In this document: in pieces, positions 27,401 through 39,400 of the stretch
Numbering within the stretch: the first letter of the stretch is position 1
Layout of the letters: the number at the start of each line of letters is the position of its first letter
DNA from: Torpedo marmorata
Lineage: Eukaryota
Direction of reading: 5' to 3'
Assembly (NCBI GenBank): GCA_977017645.1
Contig: OZ360230.1
Location: forward strand, 73,842,001 to 73,906,000
DNA: 64,000 nt
Program-made: the position numbers and the translations under genes
The notes under the pieces: generated by a model
The model's database searches: none
What the model was told of the DNA's origin: nothing
The model's input: the letters and a program-made list of their open reading frames with translations, nothing else

Positions 27401-30400
27401 GTTGACCATTGGGCGGTCTATGAGTGTGGTCATACCTTTCCCGTTCCTCAGCTCCACCCATATAGCCTCTTGTCTGTCCTACCTGAACACAGCTGTGATA
27501 TTTTCCCTGACGAGCAATGTCACTCCTCCCACTTTCAGCAACCCCCGTTCTATCGTGTCTAAAGCAATGGAAGCCCGGAGCATTGAGCTGCCAGTCCTGC
27601 CCCTCATGCAACCAATGGCCACAATGTTTGCAGATAATACGACAGTAGTCTGCCTCATCAACAACAATGGTGAGTTGCACTACATAGAAGAGGTGGAAAA
27701 TCCCATGAAATGGTACGAGAATAACATCCTGAGTCTCAATGTGGACAAGACAAAGGAGATGATTGTGGACTTCAGGAGGACCAGGGACCGACCACCCTCC
27801 ACTACACATTAATAACTCGGTAGTGGAGAGAGTAGAGAGCACCAAGTTCCTCAGAGTCCACTTAAGAAGTGACCTATCCTGGACACACAACATTTTCTAA
27901 CTTGTCAGGAAGGTGCAACAGTGACTGTACTTCCTGAGAAGACTGAGGCGGGTAAGGCTACCGGCCACCATTTTGTCAACTTTCTACAGGAGCTCTATCG
28001 AGAACATCCTGCCCGCCTGCATCACAGTGTGGTAGGGTTGCTGTAGAGCATTGGATTGGAGATCAATCCACAGGACCATAAGAGCGGCAGAGAGGATCAC
28101 TGGGGTCCCCATTCCCCCTCCCCCCCACCTGTACCCTCATTGAGGTGATCCACCGGGATGGTTGTTTGAAGAGGGCTCGCAAATTATTGAAGACGCCTTA
28201 CCACCCCGCACACAGCTACTCGCGTTGGAAAAGAAATACAGGAATGTCGGATCCAGAACCACCAGGCTGAGAAACAGCTTCTTCCCATGAAACTGCTGAA
28301 TGAACTGTTCATGCAAGCCCTCCTCTCCGAGACTCTGCTATTTATTTTTTAAAAAACGTATTTATTTTTATATGTAAATACATACTGCATATGAATCATT
28401 TGTCTATATGTGTGTTATGTCTATATGTGTGTTTGCATGTTTTTGCACAGAGGACCGGAGAACGCTGTTTAGTCGGGTTATACTTGTACAATTGGATTAA
28501 TATAAACTTGAACTTTTAACATTGAGATGCTGTTTCTTCTGTCATGATGTTGTAATTCAGAAGGCCACAAGGTGGCGACATTATTCTAGTTTTCCTAATT
28601 CTTTTTCTGTGGTGAGATTTCGGTTGATAAAGTTTTGCTGATCTTGTGATTCTTAAGCTGAACTAGTAGTTCTGCAATGTACAAGATAACCTGGTTTTTT
28701 TTAAGCAGCATTTTTCTTTAAAAATGAGTGTTAAGCAAATTTATTTTCTTGGAAACGATTGCTTGTGTACATTATGAATCTTGTGTACATTGAGCCATGT
28801 TGATAATGTGAAAACAGCATACTTATTGTATCTGCCTTTTAATTTTATTCAGGTTGCTCGCACGACTCTTCTCTCTGGTCTGCTGAAGACAATTGCAGCC
28901 AATAGAAAAATGCCTCTACCTTTGAAATTGTTTGAAATTTCAGATGTTGTTCTGCAAGATTCTTCTTCAGGTACTTGCACTTAATTTAAAGAAAACATGT
29001 TTATTTTATCATCGGTTGCTTTCTAACTCTTTAATCTATGCACATTAGCGCTCAAAGCAGTGATGATTTTTAAGTGATATTTTACACATGTATGAAGACT
29101 GCGAGTTTTGAACAATAATTTAGAATATTAAAATATGGTTGATTAGAATCATATTAAAAGGCTAACAACAGAACTGGACAATGAAGATCAGAAGATTTCA
29201 GGGTCAGTGTTAGGTACTTTTGTGCTAGTTCATGGACCTCAGCCATAGAAGTTGTAAAAGCTCAATGAAATGCCTAGGGTCATCACTCCTGGCTGGTATC
29301 TTTCTAGCCTCTATCTTTCTGGGGCCAAGGGGGGATAGTTTTGTCAGCTTCACTTCTGTGCCAACTATTTTAGCACTTCTTGAGAATCAATCTCAGCAAG
29401 TTATTGGTCTGTGTTTCAGCAGCTTGCTGGAAAATCTTGCTGACCCGTTTTGGGAGGCTTTTAAACATGGTTCAGTGAACTCTGATTTGTATTTTTTTAT
29501 TGTACTTTGCCACATTCACGATGTTCACTTGTAATGATGAACCAGATCTTATTGACCAAAGTGCCTGTCATAAGTACTTGCTGTCTGGCCTCCTAATCCA
29601 GAAGTGGTCTTGGTGGTCCAATGCTTCTCAGACTCCATCAGTGTGACCTGAGCAATGACAGAGCTTTAAACTGTACACTGGAGCAATGTTGCGTCTGAAG
29701 TTCCACTCACGGTGTGACCAGCTGGAAGAGCTCAGTGTCATCTTTGAAAGCTGTCAGGTGTTTAATGAAATAATTATATAATAGTAGGAGGAGGCCATCT
29801 GTTGCTAATGGCCAGTCCACTACTCAGTAAAATCATGGACGATCTGTCAGTTAACCATCATTTTCCTTTGATTGCCAAATATATTTTTGTTACCTTAATA
29901 TCCAAAAATCTATCAGTGTCTGCCTTGAATTCTGAAGATTCACTACCCCCTAGGTGATCAAAATTTATTTTCACCTCAGTCCTGAATGGCCAGCATGTCG
30001 TGCACTCTGCCCCCATTCAATGCACCCAGCCAAGATTAAAATCAAACCTGGACCTACCTGTTCAAGCCCCATTCGAAAAGTAGAAAAGTATAGCAGAGGA
30101 ACAGACCCTTCGTCCCCTCCATGTTTGCCTCAACCATGATGGCAAATTAAACTGATCCCAACTGAGTGCATGTGGCCATAGCCCTCTATTGCCTGCCTAC
30201 ACGTGTTCTTTAAATGATGCTGTCATATGTGCTTCTACTATTTCCCCTTGCAGTATATTCCAGTCACCTCCCTCTCTGTGTAAAAAGAAACGCCTTGCAA
30301 ATCTTCTTTTAAATTTCTGCCCTCTCACCGTAAACCTATGCACTCTAGCCTTTGACATTTCCACTCTGGGAGAACAAAAACTCTTGACTCTCTATCAGGT

Positions 30401-33400
30401 CTACCCTCTGATGCCCCAGAGAAAACAATCCAAGCTTGTTCAACCTCGCCTTGTCGTTAATGTTCCTTAATCCAGGCAACATCCTGGTGAAGAGAAACAT
30501 AAAAGCTGCAGATACGAGAATGTTGAGCAGACAAAGAACTGCTAGAGGAACTCAGCATGTCAGACAGCATCCATGGGTAGAAACGGTCGGTCAACATTTC
30601 GGATCTGAAGCCTTTGTCAAGATTAAGATAGAATTGGTGAAAGTACATATATAAAGGGAGAAAGAAGCTGGTGAGGTGCCAGAGGTAATAATGTATAGGC
30701 AGAAGGTGTGGGAGGTGGAGAGACAGGTAGGAGAAATCATTTGGAAAAGGGGTGGGGAAAGAAAGGTTAGAGAGAAAAAAATCACAGGAGTAGGTAAAGA
30801 AGGAAATAGTTGAATCAGATGGCTGTGGAGGTTACCTAAAATTAGAAAAATCAATGTTCATGCCATTAGATTTCAGGCTGTTCAGGAGAAATATGATGTG
30901 TTGTTCCTGACAATGGAAGAGGCCAAGGACCGACATGTCACTGTAGGAATGGTTGGGGGAGTTAAAATTATTGGCTACAGAAAGCTTGGGTTTAGACCCA
31001 CGGAGTGTAGGAGTTCGGTGAAGCGGTCACCCAATCTGTGTTTGGTCTCAGCAATGCCGAGGAGGCTACAACGAGTACATCTAATGCAGTAGAGACCGCT
31101 CTTCCCTCCCCACCCAACCTTCCACCCCATGAGGCACTTCCCACTGTAATTGCAGAAAATGCAAAACTTGTCCCGACATCTCCCCCCTTACCTCGATCCA
31201 GGGCCACATCAGACCTTCCAGGCGAGGCAGAGCTTTACATGCACATCATCCGACCTAATCCACTATGTTCGTTGTTACCCAGTGCGGCCTCCTCTACATC
31301 TAGCGCAGTTGGTCATGTCAACCTGCACATGATTTGACTCAGCTGATGTTCGCACACATGTGCTTCCAAAAATAGTAATGGGGACAACAGATGATCTTTC
31401 CCTCCCCTGGGCAGTTGTACTGTTTTGTTGCTTTGAAATAAAGCAGCTAATTCTACAAAGACACAAAATTGAGACTGGAACCTTTGTGGTCTACATGGCA
31501 TAACTACTTCATGAATAATTTCTCTTGAGCTGTCTGGAAAATCCATATAAAATGCTTCTGTAATTTTGTTAACCAAAACACTCATAATAAATGGAAGAAT
31601 ATAAGCCTGCTTTACCTTGTATCAAATTTCATGCAAGGTAATTCACTGCTTTATACCATAAAACTGGTCTGTCTCTTTTAAATAGCTAAAGTGCTTATAC
31701 ATATAAATGAATCATTTTTGTGCATTGCCTTATATGCGGTAAAAAAGTGATTGCAAACAGATTATGAAAAATGTTGTGGTTCAGTAATAACATGAAATCA
31801 GTTCTGTTAGCAGACCTTAGTTAAACCCCGCTTGGAATATTTTGTTCAGTTCTGGTCATCTCACTACAGGAAGGTTATGGATGCTATAGAGAACGTGCAG
31901 AGGAGATTTACAAGGATGCTGCCTGGATTGGAGAGCATACCTTATGAGGATAGATGGAGTGAACTTGGTCTTTTCTCCTTGGTGGATGACCTGATAGAGG
32001 TATATAAGATGATGAGAGGCATTGATCGTGTGGATGGTCTGAGGCTTTTTCCCAGAGCGAAAATAGCTAACATCAGGGGGCATAGATTTAAGGTGCTTGG
32101 GAGTAAGTACAGGGGGGATGTAAAAGGTGTTTTTCCACACAGAGGGTAGTAGTGCATGGAAGGTGCTGCTAGCAATGGTAATGGAGCCAGGTACAATAGG
32201 ATCTTATAAGAGTATATAAGATAGGTACATGGAACTGAGAAAAATGGAGGGTTATGTAGTAAGGAAATTCTAGGCAGATGTTAGAGTAGGTTATTAGGTT
32301 GGCACAACACTGTGGGCCAAAGGGCCTGTAGTGTGCTGTAGATTTCTATGTTCTAAAACAAAACCTTTTTTATAATTTAATTAAACCTCGTATTTTTGAT
32401 GGACACAATTGTCCACCTTAGGATCTTTTTATATCGGCACACAAATTGTCCTGATACATGGATAGGATGGGTTAGAGGGACATAGACCAAATGCAGGTAG
32501 GTGAGAATAGTGTGGGTAAGACATTTTGGTTGGTGTGCGCAAGTTGGGCTGAAGCCCCTGTTCCCATGCTGTGTGACTCCATGACTCTGTCTTTGATATT
32601 GTGTCTGGTGATTTAATTTTTTTTCCAGATTTTTACTATTTATGATAAAAGGTGTCCCAATTAATTTGAACAACTACTTTTGGAACACGTGGTAAAGATG
32701 TCATAAAAAATACATTTGCCTAGTGCTGAGTAACTGAAAAACAATTCGTTCTTATGCTTGTATGTGAACTGAAGAGAAGTGCTAATTGAACTACATACCA
32801 GCAACCACATCATTGACAGGGATCGCCCAGTGACCAACCATATCAATTCTGTGCCCCACTACTGCACCGACACATCTGTCCATGGCCTCATGCACTGCCA
32901 AACCAGGGCCACCCCTAAATTGGAAGAGCAACACCTAATATTCCATATGGGCACTCTCCAACCGGATGGCATTAACTCGGTTTCAGCGAGACCACTCCTT
33001 GTTCTCCCTTTCTTCCCTATCCCTCTGTCTCCTTTCCTCCAGCTCTCCACCCCTTCCCTCTCCATGCATAGAGCTATCCCCCCTCCCCCTGTTTTCTCTT
33101 GTGCCCTCCCTCCCTTATCCACCTATTACCTTTTGCCTGTGGACCTGTGCTCCTGCCCCTTCCTCCCACCATTTTACTCAGGCACCTGCCTACATCCTGC
33201 TCGTACCTTGATGAAGGGCTCATGCCCGAAACGTTGGTTATGCATCTTTATCTTTGCTATATAAAGTATGCTGTGTGACCTGCTGAGTTTCTCCAGCGTT
33301 GTGTTTTTACTACAATCACTGTGTCTGCAGACTTTTGTGTTTCACACCAGCAAAAGGAGTCAGTGAACTTTTGCAGGGAATAAAAACTTGTTAGGAAAAA

Positions 33401-36400
33401 TTATACCAAGTTTTCCACAAAACAATTTCAGCGTGCATGTCATGTGTAATTGACAGACATTTTTGTTCATTCTGAGTTGGCAATCTCCTGTGGCAAGAAA
33501 TTATGTTGAGTCCCTGTTGTGTATATATACTCAACGCAGTGGCTGGTGCTGAACAAGCAAAAAGGCTAAAATGTCTTAATCAGAGGACTGGAGCAAAAGG
33601 TAAATTCAAAGCATGCCACATTACAGTCTCATATCCTGCATGTGTCAGAGTTCAAAAATGGAACAGGATTCCTGTGTGGTGGAAATTCAGTTAGTCGTGC
33701 AGCCAGTGATCTGCTTAAAATCTTAAGTAAACATGATTTACTCATTATAAACTGCAGTGAAATTGTTTCATGAAAGTGAAACAATATTTTTGTTTAATTA
33801 CTTGAAACTACAAGAATATGAAGTAAGTATTTTATCTGATGTCAGATCCTTTATATTGATACAAAAACAAGGATTTATTTTGTACTCAATAATTCCACGC
33901 TCTTATTAGCTGAAATGACTATTGTTCTTGAAAGCAGAATCAGATTATATTCTACATGGCAGGGCAAAGTTTCTGAATCTGAGGGAAGTTGTTTTGTACA
34001 GAGGAAGAATTTGGGGATTAAAAAATACTCGTGGATTCTATTGCACCAAATGATTGATGCAGATCTATAGAAGAGATGCAGAAGTATGAAATGAAGAAAA
34101 GAAAATACTGTACAACTTGTCAAGTTTGTATTTTAGAGCCAATCATTTTCTATTTTTACCCTGTCCCAAACTTATAAATGTTGAATATTTAATTGATTTA
34201 GTTCTCTGTTGAAGTTTAACTAACTTGATGTTTTCTGCATTGCAGAAATCTATTGGGTCCTGTAAATTTGTCTGATGGCTTTGTTAGCTTAAGTATGTAC
34301 TTTGTGCCTATTGTCTGTTAAATTTAATATTGCTATGTTTTTGGACGAGCATTGATGGAATGAAACACAGTTGAGCCTAATCCTGTTTAGGACACTGGAT
34401 AGTGATCAAGTGGAAGAATCCTGGATAGTTAGGATAGTTTCAAGGATACAGTCTGTGTTGTAATCAAAAATATAATTTTAACTCTATTGATTGGAATCCA
34501 ATTCTTAAAATAAAATCAGAGCATAGATCTTCAAGCAGTCAAAAGTTAGGTATGGAGAATATTTGTGGTTGAAATTAATTTAGGTGTGGAGAATATTTGT
34601 GGTTGAAAATGTGGAAAGCCATAAAAAGCCAAGGTTAGTGGGTGAGGGAGGTCAAGAAATATCTGTCTCCAGTGGCTGAAGACAATAATCCACATAATAG
34701 GGAATGAAAGTGGAAAGCAACATTGGAATCGCAAGTACCATACATTAGCTACCTCAAACCATTACATCTAACAATTCAGCTGCTAATTTTTGGCCTGGTT
34801 TGTAGTCACAATATTTGGGTATGGCTGTGATCAGTAGTGATGATCCCTCAACATCAGATTGGAAATAGTTTGGTTGACAAGGAAATAGACATCAACAGTG
34901 GTTCGCTGAGTTTTAAATCTGGTTTGGAACTATGTTATCCTTCTACACTATTTCCACGTTTCTGAAAGTTGCATTGTCTTCTGGTGAAAGAAGATAGTAG
35001 AAATATTTTAATCTTTTTTTTTTTGCAATACAGATGTTGGTGCGAAAAATGAAAGACACCTCTGTGCTTTGTACTACAACAAGAATCCAGGCTTTGAGGT
35101 GATTCATGGCTTGCTGGATCGTGTAATGCAACTTCTTGACCTGAAACCGGGAAACAATAATGGATACTACATACAGGCTGCAGATGGTGAGCAATATTTT
35201 ACTTGGTCACATGGGTGTATGTGGGTAACACAAACTCGTGGGCTGGAAAGGCCCATTACCGTGCTGTATCTCTAAATTAAAATTAAATTATACTTTGTAT
35301 TCCACTTAAATTCAGTGACACAATGTAACACAGAAATGCATGTAAAGTCAATGTAAAGGAGCAGTTAGTCCACAGTATGATGTGTGAAGAATGAAGAACT
35401 GATATTTTCATTTTGTTCCATGGCGACCTCAAGAAGTTGGGTTCAAAATCCAGAGCCCCTTGTGACTACTGACAACCATTCAGAACATGTACATGTAGCT
35501 ACCAACTCTGAGATTTTTCATGAAATCTTCGGTAATTAAAGTTCCACTCCAGCACCATTTTCTCGAGAGCAGATCTATCCTAAGTAAATGGGGAAACAAA
35601 AATCATTCCTTAATTAGATGTGACAAATTCTTTGAGCATCATTCTAAAACAGGTAATGTTTCATTCAGAATAGAAAGCAACAAAGGCAGCAAGTAAATTA
35701 GGAACATGAAAATATATATATATACCTATTTTTGATCTGATTTAATTTTCACTGATATGAAGGTTGATTGACAGTCACTAATAAAATCATACCATTGAAA
35801 ATCCTCTTGTAGCACAGTGGACTTTTTTATGGTATGTTCAGTGTGTGTCCAGTCACAGGGTACAGCAGGTTTGTGTGTTCCATGTGTTTCAGTCTCAGCA
35901 AACACTATTACACCAGAATAAAACACGAAAGTCTGCAGACGCTGTGATTGTAGTAAAAACACACCGAAATGCTGGAGGAACTCAGCCGGTCTTTTCAGCA
36001 TCTATAGGAGATAGAGATATATTGCTGACGTTTCGGGCCTGAGCCCTTCTTCAAGGAATAAGCCAGAAGCAGGAAATCTCAAAGTCTCAGAATTCAGACA
36101 GTGCAGGCTGGGGGAGGAATCCAGTCCAACAAAAGGACTTAATTGGATATGATAAGGGACGAGGTAAGAATTTATCATGTGTGTGCGAAAGGAGATGGAA
36201 TGGAGATTCAGAGATAGGGAAAGGCATCAAGGGAAGAAGGGGTGGGTGTTTAACGAAAGCCAGAGAAATCGATATTAATGCCATCCGGTTGGAGGGTGCC
36301 CAGTCGGAAGATGAGGTGTTGTTCCTTCAATTTGTGGGTGGTCTCTGTCTGGCAGTGCATGAGACCATGGGCAGACATGTCAGCAAGCGAATGGGATGGC

Positions 36401-39400
36401 AAATTGAAATGGGTGGGCACTGGGAGATCCACGCTATTGCAGTGGACAGAGCCGAGGTGCTCAACAAAGTGATTTCCCAGTCTGTATCCAGTCTCTCCGA
36501 TGTAGAGGAGACCACAACGGGAGCACCGGATGCAGTAGATGACCCCTGCAGATTCACAAGTGAAGTGTTGCTTCACTTAGAAGGACTGTTTGGGGCCCCG
36601 AATGGTGCTGAGGGAGGAGGTGTGGGTGCAAGTGGAGCATCTCCTGACGATTGGTGGGGAGGGAGGAGTGGACAAGGGATTCACGGAGGGAGTGGTCCCT
36701 GCAGAAGGCAGAGAGGGGAGGAGGGGGCACACGCAACAAGGACAGGATTCCTCTTGTCCTCACCTACCACCCCACCAGCCTCCGCATCCAACACATCCTC
36801 CACCTACTACGTGATCCCACTACCCGACACATATTCCCCTGTCGCCTTTCCCTATCTCTGTCTCTCCATTCCATCTCCTTTCGTACAAATATGATAAATT
36901 CTTACCTCGTCCCTTATATCCAATTAACACCTTTTGTTGGTCTGGATTCCTCCCCCAGCCAGCATTGTCTGAATTCTGAGATTTCCTGCTTCTGGCTTAT
37001 TCCTTGAAGAAGGGCTGAGGCCTGAAACGTCAGCAATATATCTTTGTTTCCTATAGATGCTGAAAAGACCGGCTGAGTTCCTCCAGTATTTCAGTGTGTT
37101 TTTACTATTACAGCAGAGCTTGAGGAACAGTGTGGAATTTCTGTATCCTGAATTTCACGTATGACTGCGCTTGAAGGAAGTTGCTTTTTGATTTACTGAT
37201 GGTGCATCCTGCAAATTTCTTGGCTACAACATCCAGTTCTGTCTCGTATGGAATGCAACATCACTGACAATGTATTTCCTCGGTGCTATAATCGCAATGT
37301 CAGCCAGGATCAGGTGCTCAAGTCCTGAAGTTGCAGTTATTTAAATGGGAAGCAACAGTGCTCCTACATACCGAGCTTGTGTCCTTTCCACTGTGTTATC
37401 TTGAGATTTGGATCAGTTCATGTTTCACTATTCCTATCGGGTACCTACTCGCTGATAGAGAGCCATTTGATTTGTTCATTTTGTTTTGTGTTGTTCAATG
37501 ATTTTCATGTCACAATGCGAACGTTAATTTATTTTCTTAGTTTTACATATTTGCACATTCCATAAACTAATTCAGAGGATAATTAACCTAGCCACAATTC
37601 TAGCCAGCTCTTCCAGTATAGTTACAATACTATAATCTATATACCTGATAATTACCCAGGCTTGTCCTATTCACAAAAAACAGGGCAAGTCTAGTCTGCA
37701 TAATTAACACTCAATCATCTACTCACAATCATCAGCATAGAACTGGATTGGGTCTTTGGCAGTGCTATTAAATGACACTTGCCATTAGCCTCCTCAGAGT
37801 TGCCCATTTTGAGTTTTTGGACCATTTGGCTGCAGACCTCATCATAGCCTTCGTCCAGAAATGAATTCTAAATGTGAGGTAAGAATTGCCCATCAGAGTG
37901 GAGGAAAGGATCCTTGGTAAAACTGGTGAGTAGGCACCAAGGGGAATAACATTGCTCTGATTAGAATATGTTTGCACAAAAATGCTGGAGAAACTTAGCA
38001 AGTCACGCAGCGTTCATTCTTTATGTAGTAAAGACAAAGGTATATAACCAATGTTTCGGGCTGGAGCCCAACAAGGTATGAGCAAAATGCAGGCAGGTGG
38101 CTGAATAAAATGGTGGGGAGTAGGGCAGGGCAGAGGCAAGAGGTCATAGGTGGATATGGGTGTGAGGAACAAGGGAAAAAAGCTGAGAAGTGATTGGAGG
38201 AGGGGATAGATCTGAATGGAGAGGGAAGTGGGTGGAGAGCTGGAGAAAAGGAGACAGAGGGATGGGCAAGAAAGGGAGACAGGTGAGTGGAAACTGGAGA
38301 AGTCGATGTTAAGGCCATCCGGTTGGACAGTGCCCAGACGGAATATTAGGTGTTGATCCAATTTACGGATGGCCTTGGTTTGGCAGTGCATGAGGCCATG
38401 GAACGACATGTCAGTGCGGGAGTGAGGCGTGGAATTGAAATGGTTGGCTACTGAGAGATTCCCCCCATTGCTGTGGACAGAGCAAAGGAGCTGAGTGAAA
38501 TGATCTCCCAGTCTGTGTGCAGTCTCTCTGATGTAGAGAAGGCCACAACAGGAGCACCGGATGCTGTAGGTGACCCCCGCAGATTCACAAGTGGAGTGTT
38601 GCTTCATTTGGAAGGACTGTTCAGAGCCCCGATTTGTGATGAGGGAGGAGGTTTGGGCATCACAAAGCCTTTTCATCATCTACAAGGCACAGGCAGAATT
38701 GTGGTAAAGGGCTCTCTGCTCCTTGGAAGAGTGTAGCTGCAATGGCATTCCAAAGGTTTTCCACTCTCCACACAGAGAAGCCTGTTTGATTGATATCTCG
38801 TCCACTCCCCCAAACATTAATTCCCTCCGCCACTGGTACACAGTGACTCCTGCGTGTGCTGTCTACAAACGACACTGTAGTTAATTTATCAGGCTACTCT
38901 ACCACCAAGAAGGACAAGGGTGGCAAGTGCATAGGATTACCATGACCTGCAGATCTCCTCCAATGCACATGTACTGTTTCTTCATTGCCTCAACTCTGGG
39001 ACATCCTATTCAATAGCACTGTGAGGAGTACCCTATAAGAGGGGCTGCAGCAGTTGTAGAAAGTGGCTCATCACCACCTTTTCATGGGCAGTTAGGAATG
39101 GACTTGTCAGTTCTATTAAAAAAATCAATTAAAAAGGCAAACAATAGTATAGTTATAATCCAGAAGTTATTACAGATGCAACTTACCTAATATTAAGTAA
39201 TTTGCCATCAACAAGTTTGGTAGTGCAATTGTGCATTCATTTGTGCAATGCTTGCATAAGGCTTCTTTAATCCTAATGAAATTACCAAAAATTAAACCCC
39301 ATCCTCTGGGAGTGTATACTGTACTTCACTTGTTAAACTAAATGTGGTGTGAAATGTAATGAAACTTGCTGCATAACTGGAATGTTCCCCACTGCCAACA

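Noticed and set aside
34837-34909. C/D box snoRNA candidate (GTGATGA...CTGA) upstream of exon 16
   Set aside because: No terminal stem and no convincing rRNA guide by eye; snoscan/Infernal would be needed
36181-36894. 237-aa + strand ORF
   Set aside because: Mostly the antisense reading of the Penelope GIY-YIG fragment across an inversion junction
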